Source: Candidatus Latescibacterota bacterium (GTDB taxonomy: Bacteria; Latescibacterota; UBA2968; GCA-2709665). Taken from it: DNA of 64,000 nt. The notes beneath the pieces are model-generated. The model saw nothing but the letters and a program-made list of their open reading frames with translations, was not told the origin of the DNA and made no database searches. The translations under genes and the position numbers were made by a program. The DNA lies in contig OZ244744.1 of assembly GCA_965219455.1 (NCBI GenBank), positions 5,344,001-5,408,000 on the forward strand. Direction: 5' to 3'. Below, piece by piece: positions 51,480-62,100 of this stretch; position 1 is the first letter of the stretch, and each line of letters starts with the position of its first letter.

Positions 51480-52805
51480 ATGCTTTTTTCCCTGTTTTTT
51501 TTGCCGTATTTCCTGGCCACGGCCTCTCCTGTTGGCGCAACAGAACTGATTCGTGCCGACCGCAGCGAAACCACCCTGCGGGACTCCGGCGTTTTGCGGA
51601 TTGAAGTGGGCAGGGTATCCTACCAACACCCTGAACGTCTACTCAGCGTAAATGCAGATTCCGCCCGCCTGTGGATTCCCGACGGGGGTGTATCAAGAGC
51701 GAGGTTTTTCGGTCGAGTCGCGTATCGGGATTCAGCACGACGGCTGGACGCCGCCACCTTGACGTACCTGCCACGCACGGAGGTAGCCACCTTTGCGGGT
51801 GGGGTGCGGGTCATCGAAAAGGACCGCCTCCTGATTGCTCAACGGGTGGCGTACCACAAAAAGGAGAACCGGTTGGACGCCCAGGGCGGGGTGACGCTGA
51901 GCTACGGCCGGCAGCGGATTTCACTGCGTGCGCCGGCAATGACGTACCATGTGTTGGCGGATTCGGGTTCAGGTACAGGTGGCGTTCACGCTGTACGCTT
52001 ACCGGAAACACCGGGAGATTCGCTCGCCGTCCGCTCGGATTCGATGCATTTTGCCAACCTGGGTAATCTCCTGCGGTTCCTTGGCCGGGTCCGTATGGAT
52101 CACGCCGGAATGCTGGCGGGTGCACCCCGCGGCCGCTATTTGAGGCGGCCGGACCGTCTGGAATTGGGAGGCGGGGCGTATGCTGTCTGGATTCAGAACG
52201 ATGAAACACGTGCTGATTCGGTAACTTTGAGCGCCGAACGGATACAGGTACAGGGTGCGGGTGGTAATGCGCTCAATAAAATCGTACTGGTCGGCGCTGC
52301 CAGGCTGCGGATGGAGGCAGTGCAGCCTGAGCGGGACGGTGCGCAGGCGGTTCAGGCCGATTCGGTTGTGCTTGGCATGGCGGGGGGCCAGATCGTCACC
52401 GTAGATGCAACAGGGGAGGCTTCGACGCTGTTGACCGCGCGGGATGGCGCCAGCGTGGACCTTAAGGGCCGGCGAATATGGATGGGCTTTCTGGAGGGGG
52501 ACCTCGATACCCTGACGGTTCAAGGGCACGGCATCGGTGCCTATATGTCATCCGATAGCGCAACCGTCAGTCAAATTTCCGGCGGCTCGATTGCGTTCGG
52601 ATTCAAAAAGGGAGCCGTACATTACGTCGGGATCAGGGAGGTTGCCCGATGTACGCACCGTTCGGAGACCGAGAATACCGGCGATATCCAGCTATCGGGC
52701 GATCATGTGAAACTGACGTTCGAGGGCGACAGGCTCACCAACGTTGAAGCGGAAGGCGGGGTTCGAGGCCGATACAAGCCGGCGGAATCCGGAGAGGCGC
52801 CGTGA
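51480..52805 (+). CDS. Long LptA/OstA-like beta-jellyroll protein
   Basis: Signal peptide, repeated G.V...L.AD beta motifs, between lptC and lptB; start uncertain (51381 possible). Confidence 0.75.
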   Translation: MLFSLFFLPYFLATASPVGATELIRADRSETTLRDSGVLRIEVGRVSYQHPERLLSVNADSARLWIPDGGVSRARFFGRVAYRDSARRLDAATLTYLPRTEVATFAGGVRVIEKDRLLIAQRVAYHKKENRLDAQGGVTLSYGRQRISLRAPAMTYHVLADSGSGTGGVHAVRLPETPGDSLAVRSDSMHFANLGNLLRFLGRVRMDHAGMLAGAPRGRYLRRPDRLELGGGAYAVWIQNDETRADSVTLSAERIQVQGAGGNALNKIVLVGAARLRMEAVQPERDGAQAVQADSVVLGMAGGQIVTVDATGEASTLLTARDGASVDLKGRRIWMGFLEGDLDTLTVQGHGIGAYMSSDSATVSQISGGSIAFGFKKGAVHYVGIREVARCTHRSETENTGDIQLSGDHVKLTFEGDRLTNVEAEGGVRGRYKPAESGEAP

Positions 52806-53524
52806 TTTTGAAGGCCCGAAACCTGGTGAAAGCATATCACCGCCAGCGGGTTGTGGATGGTGTTGGCCTTGAGGTGAATCCGGGAGAGGTCGTGGGTCTT
52901 CTGGGCCCAAATGGTGCGGGTAAGACCACCACCTTTCACCTGATTGTGGGCCTGGTTCCGTGCAAGCAGGGGAAAATTTTTCTCGGCGAAGAGGAAATAA
53001 CCGGCATGCCGATGTATATTCGGGCACGGAAGGGTATCGGTTATCTGGCCCAGGAACCCTCCGTTTTTCGTAAGCTATCCGTGAAGCAGAATATCCTTGC
53101 GGTGCTGGAAACACTTCACGTGTCACGTGTAGAACAGGAAACCCGACTGGAGGCGCTTCTGCAGGAACTAGGACTCTCGAGTCTCGCGAATCGCAGAGCG
53201 GACCGTCTCTCGGGCGGCGAAGCCCGCAGACTGGAAATTACCCGTGCTCTGGCGAGACGCCCAAGATTCCTGCTACTCGATGAACCGTTCGCGGGTATTG
53301 ATCCAAGGGCGGTCGAAGATATCCAGGCCATAATCCGTATCCTGAAGGACCGGCAGATCGGACTGCTGATTACCGATCACAACGTACGCGAAACCCTGGC
53401 GATCACCGACAGGTCCTATATTCTCTCCAACGGAAGAATTCTGACCTCCGGTAGTCCCGTTGAACTGGCAGAGAATCCGGAGGTACGGCGCGTATACCTC
53501 GGGGATCGCTTCCGATTGGACTGA
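52802..53524 (+). CDS. lptB: LPS export ABC ATPase
   Basis: [45 protein letters not shown]. Confidence 0.96.
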   Translation: MILKARNLVKAYHRQRVVDGVGLEVNPGEVVGLLGPNGAGKTTTFHLIVGLVPCKQGKIFLGEEEITGMPMYIRARKGIGYLAQEPSVFRKLSVKQNILAVLETLHVSRVEQETRLEALLQELGLSSLANRRADRLSGGEARRLEITRALARRPRFLLLDEPFAGIDPRAVEDIQAIIRILKDRQIGLLITDHNVRETLAITDRSYILSNGRILTSGSPVELAENPEVRRVYLGDRFRLD

Positions 53525-53753
53525 CAGAAAAATGGATTTGTCACGCGGTCCCATTTCCGTTATTATTTCTCCACCCGGTGAATGGATAACGGATCGATCG
53601 CTGATCAGACCAATCGTTCCGACCTGGCGAAAGTCGAAAATTACAACATGTTGATAATACGCATGTTAATCAGCATTATTTTACACTAGACCATCCGCTG
53701 GAGAGTTTGTTCTCTCCCGCTTTCACCGTCTTTTCAGGGATCTCTAAGGGCAT

Positions 53754-55223
53754 ATGATTCAACTGACCCAAACCGTTACCCTTCAACAGAAGTTGGCACC
53801 CCAACTCATCCAGTCCTTGCGTCTCCTCCAGATGGCTTCGCTCGAATTGGAACAGTTAATTCAGCAGGAACTGCAGACCAATCCGCTCCTGGAAGTTTCT
53901 GAAGAGACCGGGCGCGAAGAGGAGGAATGGGGTCTGGAGTCGGAAGATGCGGAAGCGGACGATATCGACGCCGGGAGGAAGGAAGCAGACGATGCGGATC
54001 CGCCGGAACTGGAATTCGGCGATGCGACGATGGCCGACGGCCGCTTCGATGAGAACCAGTGGAACGAACTCCTTAACGATGCCGGATATACCGCGCCCCG
54101 GCAGGAGTTCGATCCCAATGCAGAAGATTGGGAGTACGACGGCGCCGAACAGCAATCATTGGAAGCGGAGTTGCAGGTCCAACTCTCTCTTACCGATCTG
54201 GGCGTCGGGGAGCGGAAGATCGGCGAGTACATCATAGGCAATATCGACGAAGATGGCTTTTTGCAGGCACAGGTCGAGGATATTGCCAACGTGTTCGGAG
54301 AAGATGCCAGGACTGTAGAGCGGATTCTGGACGTCATACAGACGTTCGATCCACCGGGCGTGGGTGCACGGGACCTCCCGGAATGCCTGGCGATCCAGCT
54401 TCGCGAGCAGGGGCTGGAGGATTCCCTCGCGATGCGGATCGTGCGCGACCACTGGGATGATCTGGTGAGCCGCCGATACATCAAGATCTGTCGATCGCTG
54501 GGTGCGGACCGGGTCGCAATTGCCAACGCCGAAGGCGTGATCTCGGGCCTGAATCCCAAGCCGATGATCTACAGGGAAGGCCGAATCAATCACAATCTGG
54601 TCGTCCCCGACCTTGAGGTCCAGAAGGTCGGCGACGAGTACGTGGTTTCGCTTATCGACCCCAATCTCCCTTCCCTGCGGGTCAGCCCTGTCTACAGGAC
54701 ACTGCTGAGCAAGTCCGGTAAACCTGGTAGCCAGGCCAGAAAGTTCGTCGTGGATCGTCTGAATTCAGCCCGCTGGTTCATCAGCGCGATCAACCAGCGC
54801 CGTACCACGATGCTCAAGGTCATGCGTTGTATTGTCGACAATCAACGCGCGTTCTTCGACAAGGGAGTTGGATTCCTTAAGCCCATGGTGCTCCAGGAGG
54901 TCGCGGACCGGGTGAACATGCATGTGTCAACGATTAGTCGGGTGAGCAACGGGAAATATGTACAAACGCCACACGGTGTTTTTGAGTTGAAGTACTTTTT
55001 CGACGGCGGGCTGACCCGCAACAACGGCGAAGATATCGCCACAAGGAGCGTGAAACAAAAGATCGCCAGGTTGATTTCCGAGGAGAACACCAGAAAACCT
55101 TTGAGCGATCGGAAAATCGCCGATTTACTGATCGCAGAAGGCATCACGATTGCGCGCCGTACGGTAGCCAAGTATAGAGACCAGTTGAAGATCAATCCGG
55201 CCAGGTACAGAAAGTCAATTTGA
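53754..55223 (+). CDS. rpoN: RNA polymerase sigma-54 factor
   Basis: PQLIQSLRLLQ..NPLLE, DPPGVGAR, HVSTISR, RpoN box ARRTVAKYR. Confidence 0.97.
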   Translation: MIQLTQTVTLQQKLAPQLIQSLRLLQMASLELEQLIQQELQTNPLLEVSEETGREEEEWGLESEDAEADDIDAGRKEADDADPPELEFGDATMADGRFDENQWNELLNDAGYTAPRQEFDPNAEDWEYDGAEQQSLEAELQVQLSLTDLGVGERKIGEYIIGNIDEDGFLQAQVEDIANVFGEDARTVERILDVIQTFDPPGVGARDLPECLAIQLREQGLEDSLAMRIVRDHWDDLVSRRYIKICRSLGADRVAIANAEGVISGLNPKPMIYREGRINHNLVVPDLEVQKVGDEYVVSLIDPNLPSLRVSPVYRTLLSKSGKPGSQARKFVVDRLNSARWFISAINQRRTTMLKVMRCIVDNQRAFFDKGVGFLKPMVLQEVADRVNMHVSTISRVSNGKYVQTPHGVFELKYFFDGGLTRNNGEDIATRSVKQKIARLISEENTRKPLSDRKIADLLIAEGITIARRTVAKYRDQLKINPARYRKSI

Positions 55224-55240
55224 ACGCGAGCAGGACATAA

Positions 55241-55345
55241 CAGTCCGTTGAAGAAGCTGCTCTGCAGGCGATGCATTGTCGTCCCGTCCCGGAAAGAGAT
55301 CGCGGAAATTCGGCTGCAGATCGGACGGACTTTTTCAACGGGCAG
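55241..55345. mobile_element. MITE copy C (105 bp, internally deleted)
   Basis: CAGTCCGTTGAAGAAGCTGCTCTGCAGGCGA...GGACTTTTTCAACGGGCAG; shares both ends with copies A and B. Confidence 0.8.
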
Positions 55346-55445
55346 ATAAACACCGACAGACGACAACCGGCGGAATCTTGAGCGATGGGGTATTTTCGCT
55401 AAGATCCCGCCGGTTTTTTGCGTCTGTGCGCCCGTTTTGGATAAT

Positions 55446-56234
55446 CTATCCGTCGGATTGAATCGCGCTGATTTCGTCCGTTGAAATTTTGTGAACACTC
55501 TTGGGATTGAAAGTTTGCCGTGTGCCCGACCTGAGCGCAACTTCGATTCTTCCTCCTGTAAGGACGAAAAACTGGAGCAGGAACCCTCCGCCTTGCATCG
55601 ACTCGACCTGATATTCCCCGGTGTCCATCCCGTCGACCCATTCTGGAAGATGTGCCCTGAAACGGGCATCCGCGCAAACGGATTGCGGTAGCGCCATGAT
55701 CAACGTTCCAGGTATATCGTTCACGGCTTCACCAATTGTCCTTCGAATCCCGGCCAGATAGGGGATCACCTTCCCGGCGTAGTCGAAGTCTTCCTCGTCG
55801 CCCCGCTCGGGTGGAACAATACCCCACGTCATATGGTGTATAAATGGGTTGCCGTGACCCTGGGCGAGCATGTGATCCCGGGCCGCTTCATCCACAGGAT
55901 GGACGACCGCGACGTAGTCAAACCAGCCCTCTCCGCGAGCGGGGCTGTCCTCGGGCAGCCCCGAAGGCACGTTAATGTAGTCGTACCCGTCCACCGGCGA
56001 CGGATAGCACCGGGTGTCCCATCCGGCGACGTAACCGACGCGTTTCAAACGGCCGGCAAGAAGATGCGGGGGATCGACAAAAATTGCGGCATGGTCTGGA
56101 TTCGGCAACAGCGGTACGCCGGCGTCAGAGATTTTTCGTGCGACATCGAGCGCCTCCCGCAGCCGTTCGGAAGCGTTGGAGATGTCGAGTTGCTCGTTGA
56201 AATCGTCCGGCAGGATAACGTTTCCAGGCATCAT
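55446..56234 (-). CDS. Hypothetical protein, possible VOC/HPPD-like Fe(II) dioxygenase fold
   Basis: PDHAA, IHHMTW, FLLQFF, RIEVALR, TFN order of motifs; AGGAG RBS. Confidence 0.6.
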   Translation of the reverse strand: MMPGNVILPDDFNEQLDISNASERLREALDVARKISDAGVPLLPNPDHAAIFVDPPHLLAGRLKRVGYVAGWDTRCYPSPVDGYDYINVPSGLPEDSPARGEGWFDYVAVVHPVDEAARDHMLAQGHGNPFIHHMTWGIVPPERGDEEDFDYAGKVIPYLAGIRRTIGEAVNDIPGTLIMALPQSVCADARFRAHLPEWVDGMDTGEYQVESMQGGGFLLQFFVLTGGRIEVALRSGTRQTFNPKSVHKISTDEISAIQSDG

Positions 56235-56246
56235 TCTCTCCTATAG

Positions 56247-56429
56247 CAGTCCGTTGGAAAAGTTGCTCTGCAGGCGAGGTATAGTGTCCCGTCCCAGAAA
56301 TATGTTGCCATTGTGACCGAAGACAAGGCGCGCGACCGAGCCGAATCGGGGTATTCGGGGAGGGAGCGCAACGCAGTAATTTGGCCACAAGAGCCGGCCG
56401 CAGCCCGGATGGACTTTTTCAACGGGCTG
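56247..56429. mobile_element. MITE copy B (183 bp)
   Basis: CAGTCCGTTGGAAAAG...CTTTTTCAACGGGCTG; same orientation as copy C, inverted relative to copy A. Confidence 0.85.
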
Positions 56430-56867
56430 TTAGGGAAAGGACGATTGAAATCAATCACAAGAATTGTATTGACAGGAAGATCAAACAACCGGCCTTGGCA
56501 AATAAAACGGCAACTTTCCGTATGTAAAATTGCGAACCGAATTGGCGGTGTCAAGCGGAATTCGTTTTGGGGAGACGAATAGAGAACGATACCATGGAAT
56601 GTCGGGGGGGTTGAGGGCGCTGCCGCAGGAAACCGATACGGAACAACGATTCGATGGCAAGGCTTCTGTAAGCGCATCAGACAGGCTTGACTATTCCATA
56701 ATTCCCGACTGTGTATCGGTCGGGATGTTTTTGTGCCACATCGACCGAAAGCGGTTTTCAATTTCGAGAGCCATTCTGAAAACAGTATTCATTACCGGGC
56801 AATCAGGGCAGAGGAGTCTATAACATAAACCTTTAATAAAAATCCACTTATGATCAAAAATATTAAT

Positions 56868-56883
56868 TGGCATACGGATTGCA
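56868..56883 (+). promoter_or_regulatory. sigma54 (-24/-12) promoter
   Basis: TGGCATACGGATTGCA versus consensus TGGCACG-N4-TTGCW with exact spacing; AT-rich upstream; 42 nt before the GTG start. Confidence 0.7.
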
Positions 56884-56925
56884 TTGGTCTGTTTGACGTG
56901 ATGGCGTTTGAAAAAGGAGAGATAC

Positions 56926-59100
56926 GTGAAACAGACCCTCTTGATCTTTATCGTGTGCCAGTTCCTGAATCAGAACGCGTTGTTGGCCCAGGCGATCGTC
57001 ACGCCGGATACGCTTCGCTTCGGTCCGGTGCGTGCAGGGACTTCAATTCTGGATAGTGTCATTGTCGTGAACAAGGGTGAGGCCGAAATGATCTTGACTT
57101 CCGGGGTTGTCGACGGAGCTGCCTTCCATTTACCGAACGACCCCTTTTCCGATGCAGACGTCGTGCTGTCGCCTGATCAGCCAATGAATCTTCGGGTTCG
57201 CTTTGAGCCCCAGGATCTGGTTGTCTACACCGCAAATCTGATCGTCGAGACCGGTAGCGACGCTCTGAATATACACCTCGTGGGCGAAGGCGTTCGAGAA
57301 GTTGTGGTCATTCAGGAGATCCTCGCCGATCCGCCCATGGAACTGGAAGGCGACGCCAATGGAGACGGGGCGCGCCACCGCAATCAGGATGAATTCGTGG
57401 AACTGCTGAATATCGGTTTTAAACCCGTCGAGTTGGACGGATGGCAGCTGAGCGATGCGGGCACCGCGGCCCGGGCGCGGTTCACGTTTCCTGAAAACAC
57501 CCTTCTCGAACCTGGCGAGCGCGTGGTTCTGTTTGGAGGTGGTTCTCCATCAGGTTTTTCAGGACTCGTGTTCGTCGACGACGGAACGATCGGAGGGGGC
57601 CTGAATAACCGGGGCGACGCGGTTTTTCTGATAGATCCTTCGGTGCCGGATACCGTGGCAACCGCCGCCTACGGTACCGCGGCGGACAAGAACCAATCGC
57701 TGGTGCGCCACCCGCAGGGCCGGGGACCATTCGTTCTCCATAGTCTGCTTCCCGGTGACGGCGCGCTGTTTTCACCGGGCCGGGCGCGTACGGTCATTCA
57801 GCGAATCGAAGTCGTACCTGCGGATACCACGGTGGAACTGGGAGCTATGATCCGGTTCGAAGCACGGGCTGTATTCGACAATGGGAGCGTGTCCACACTG
57901 GACGACCGGGTGGCCTGGCATTCGACCGATGATGCGGTTATCAGCCTTATGGACGACACCGGGACGGCGGTGGGCGTGGGTACAGCAGAGATAACCGCTA
58001 CAGTCGGGGATGAAGCGGCCACTCCCGGCAAGGTTGTGGTCATGGCCCCCTTCTTGTCGGATCTGCGGGTTGCACCCGCCGACACGCTGCTGGTGGTGGG
58101 TGATGCGCTCCAGTACCGGGTGGATGGCGTGAACGCCGACGGCGTCGAGGAGCCGATCGGGTCCGGGCTGGTTTGGCAAAGCTCGGATTCCACGGTGGCA
58201 CTCCCCAAGGGCGGCAATGTGATGTTGGCCGCGGGCTCTGGAAATGCCTCGTTGGTCGTTCACCTGGACTCCATGTCGGGCACGGCTACGTTCCGGGCTG
58301 GTGACCGTGGAGACCCGAATGCGGATGGCGAATTCGATTTGCTGGATGCGCTCCTTACCGTCTATCTGATCCTGGACATGCGGACCGACGCCGGACCGTA
58401 TGAGCGCAGCGCTGCGGATTTGAATCAGGACGGGCTTGTGGATATTCTGGATCTGGCTGTGTTGATACGCAAAATACTGGGGGTTCCGGCTGGCGGGGCG
58501 AAACCCGCATTGGCCAGTGCTGCCGCGTGGCAATGGGACGGTGAATGCCTGAATATACGTGCTACGTCCAGACTCTCGGCGATTCTGATTGCATTTGACG
58601 GTTACGTCGAGAGCGTGAAACCGCCCGTCGGAACGAAAGCGGTCGTTTCACATTCGCACCCGGGTCAAACACGCGTACTTGTCTTTCCAGTTTCGCCGGA
58701 CGCGCTGGATGGCGGTAACACGGGCCTCCGGCTGGTCACCCGGGGTGGGGCCGGAAGGGTGGCCGAAATGAGGGCCGCGGATATGTGGGGCCGACCGGTC
58801 GTGTTCAACTCCGAAAGGACGGAAAGGTTTGGATTGGAACAGAATTACCCCAATCCGTTCAACGCCTCCACGATAATGGTCTACAGTTTGCAGCGCCGGG
58901 ACTATGCACAGTTGCGAATTTTCTCGACGCTGGGACAGGAAATCGCACGGCCGATCGACGGCCCGGTCGCGGCGGGTACCCATCGAGTTGTCTGGGACGG
59001 CCGCGATGCGGAGGGGCGGCGAGCAGGGAGTGGTGTCTACCTTGTACATCTGGTGACCGGTAAACAGCGGTCTGTGATAAAGATGGTGCTGTTGAGATAA
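56926..59100 (+). CDS. Secreted protein: ASH/Ig-like, lamin-tail domain, 2x Big_2, dockerin, FlgD/T9SS-type C-terminal domain
   Basis: AAGGAG RBS plus GTG, signal peptide; IQEILADP..DEFVELLN..LDGWQLSD; GDPNADGEFDLLD..AADLNQDGLVDILD; QNYPNPFN..WDGRD..SGVY..KMVLLR. Confidence 0.88.
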   Translation: MKQTLLIFIVCQFLNQNALLAQAIVTPDTLRFGPVRAGTSILDSVIVVNKGEAEMILTSGVVDGAAFHLPNDPFSDADVVLSPDQPMNLRVRFEPQDLVVYTANLIVETGSDALNIHLVGEGVREVVVIQEILADPPMELEGDANGDGARHRNQDEFVELLNIGFKPVELDGWQLSDAGTAARARFTFPENTLLEPGERVVLFGGGSPSGFSGLVFVDDGTIGGGLNNRGDAVFLIDPSVPDTVATAAYGTAADKNQSLVRHPQGRGPFVLHSLLPGDGALFSPGRARTVIQRIEVVPADTTVELGAMIRFEARAVFDNGSVSTLDDRVAWHSTDDAVISLMDDTGTAVGVGTAEITATVGDEAATPGKVVVMAPFLSDLRVAPADTLLVVGDALQYRVDGVNADGVEEPIGSGLVWQSSDSTVALPKGGNVMLAAGSGNASLVVHLDSMSGTATFRAGDRGDPNADGEFDLLDALLTVYLILDMRTDAGPYERSAADLNQDGLVDILDLAVLIRKILGVPAGGAKPALASAAAWQWDGECLNIRATSRLSAILIAFDGYVESVKPPVGTKAVVSHSHPGQTRVLVFPVSPDALDGGNTGLRLVTRGGAGRVAEMRAADMWGRPVVFNSERTERFGLEQNYPNPFNASTIMVYSLQRRDYAQLRIFSTLGQEIARPIDGPVAAGTHRVVWDGRDAEGRRAGSGVYLVHLVTGKQRSVIKMVLLR

Positions 59101-59198
59101 ATCCATTGGATCGCAGACAACAGCCGCTGTCAACCGACCTGGCAAACACCGAACCCCCACCCGGCACCTCCATCATCGAATATTGAGGGTATCTCTGC

Positions 59199-62100
59199 AT
59201 GCGTCGCTGTATACACACATTGGCAATCCTGCTTACCCTGGACAGGCCGCCGGCGGGTTACTGCACGCCAGCAGACACACTCAGTGTACTCGGTACAACC
59301 GTTCTGGCCGCGGATACGGCGGGTGTAGAGGTGGTCCTTAAAAATGCACAGACAATAGGGGGTACCTCGTGGACCCTGGGGTATGATTCTTCCGCCATGG
59401 CGGTAGTCGGAGTTGAGCAGACGGAGCGGACCGCAAACATGGTGATCTATTCCCATGCCGCGGGCGATTCAATTAATGCGCTCATCCTGGATCCCTCCAC
59501 CGGGCAGGCGATTCCGCCCGGCGAGGGAGCCATAGCGCTGCTGCGGCTGGTGATTCGCGAATCCGTCCCCGACGGCATCTACCCGGTGACGTTTCGTACG
59601 GTGGATCTGGTGAATGCCGCTCAGCCGCCAGAGCGACTTGCAGCCGTCGGGCTGGCCGGACAGGTTCGGGTTGCGTCCCAGCTTCTGTCCGTCCGGGCAA
59701 CTGGCGGGTCTCCCGGCGACACCGTCTCCGTGTCCCTCAAATTGCATAACAGGGCTGTGGTGGCAGGTTTTCAGGCTGAACTGAGTTGGCCTCAAGACGC
59801 GTTGAGTTTCGTGGAGGCGTTGCCCGCCGATCGGATTGCCCAATGGGATCTGTGGGCGGTTGCCAGAAACGGGAAGGGCGCCACGGTTCTCGCGGCCGAC
59901 CTGGACGGTACGAAGCGGATACCGCCTGGCGAAGGCACTATAGCCGTGTTGAATCTGGCCATCCCCGATCTATCCAACCGTAACGCAGTGCCCGTTTCTA
60001 TTGAAAGTGTGAGATTGGCGGATCCGGAGGGAACGGCATTGGCCGCAGCCTCGGAAGACGGCGAAGTCACCATCGTATCGCACTTGAATAGATCTCCTCA
60101 ACTAACTCTTCCTGAACATATTACGACGTCTGAAGATTCGATGCTTCTCTGGCGCGCACCGGCCTTTGATCCGGACGGGGATCAACTCGAATTCGAAGCC
60201 GAAAACCTCCCGGAATGGCTATCGCTCGACACCCAAACCGGCGAATTCAGCGGCGTACCCCTGGACAGGGATGTGGGCGTTTATTTGGTCAGTCTCCGGG
60301 TTTCCGACGGTCAATTCAGTGTTTCGGACACAACACGGCTTAAAGTCACCAATCTTCCGCCGAAGATTCTAGGTACGCCCGAACGCAGCGTCCGCGTGGG
60401 AGCCGCATACCGTTATGCGCCAGAGGTGCGAAACCTCGATGGTGGGTCTGTTCGTATTGAGCCAGACGGTATGGGTTTTCTGTGCGACGCGGAGTCCGGC
60501 CTCGTTACCTGGCGGCCCGAAAATACGGGCGAATTTCGCTTGCAATTGATCGCGGAGGATCCGAACGGCGGGGAAGCGGTACAGGCTTTCGCAGTAACGG
60601 TCGTAGCTGGTGCCAGAGTGGTGATCGATGAGGTATTGGCGGATCCGGCTACAGGTCCAAACGGCGATGCCAACCGAGACGGGGTTAGAGACGGCAGGGA
60701 AGACGAGTTTGTTGAAATATGGAATATCGACTCGAAGCCGGTGACGATAGGTGGATGGTGGCTAAGCGACGACGACGCCGGGGCGACGGGGCGATTTTAT
60801 TTTCCCGACGGCATGGTACTTGAACCAGGTTCGCGTGCAGTACTGTTTGGTGGTGGCAAACCAAAAGATATTCCTGGGCACGTATTTGTAGACGACGGCA
60901 GTATCGGTAATGGATTGACCAATAAGGGGGATCTGGTGTTGCTGGTCGATCCAGTCTCCGAAGATACGGTGGCAGTGGCCGATTTCCTGGCAAAAGGCGA
61001 CCTGAACCGGTCCGTGGTGAGGCTCGCCGAGGGCATTTACGTCCCACATCCCGATTTACCGGACGGTGGGGTCATATCCCCAGGCCGGCCGCATCCGAAG
61101 CCCATGGCCCCGGACGAAACGGCGAAACCCCCTTCGCCGGTATTTCTGGATGACCCCCCATCGTGGTGCCGGGTTGGCGCGCTCTGTCGGTTCGTGCCCA
61201 GAATTCGCAATCTGGACGGCGGGTTCGTGCACTTGGAGACCCGCGTGCTGGGTGTCGTGTGGGACCGTTCCACGGGTGAGATTTTATGGAGGCCCGATAA
61301 GGAAGGGCGTTTTCGTTTCTGGCAGACCGCGGTAAGTGGCGCGGGCGAAAAGACCGTCAGGCAGTTTGACGTATGGGTCGAGGCCCGTCCACAAATTGCA
61401 ATTGTCGAAATTCTGGCAGACCCTCCGCCCGGCGTAAACGGAGACGTGAATGGAGATGGAACGCGAGACAGCCAGGCGGACGAATTTGTGGAGATCTTGA
61501 ATGAAGGGCCGGATGCAGTCTGGCTTACGGACTGGCGGCTGAGCGACGATGATGTTTCAGCCCGCCGCCAGTTTCGGTTTCCCGATTTCACCAGACTCCA
61601 TCCTGGGGAACGAGCCGTGCTGTTCGGAGGAGGACGGCCTGGGGGGGTTAAGGGCCAGATTTTCGTGGATGACGGTAGCATCGGTAACGGATTGACCAAC
61701 AAGTCGGATGTGATTCTGCTGATCGACCCCGTTCTGAACGACACGCTCGCCCGTGCCTTATATTATGTCGAGACGGATATCAATCAGTCTCTGGCGTGGG
61801 ACGGTACGGCCTGGGTTCCGCATCAGACGCCGCCGGGCCGAGGCGTATTTTCGCCGGGACTGCCACGGGAGTTGGGAACCGTTGCCGGTGACGGCTCGGA
61901 CGACGGTGATGTCAGGCCGAATGAGGATAGTGAACGGTCCCTGAATCCAACAGGACACGTTCCGGCGGGCGTGATTGTCAGTGAAATCCTGGCGAGTCCC
62001 GCGTCTGGTCCAGGCGGCGATACCAACGCCGATGGTGAACGCCACGGATTTCAGGATGAGTTCGTGGAACTCCTGAATGCGGGAACCGACACGGCACGTC

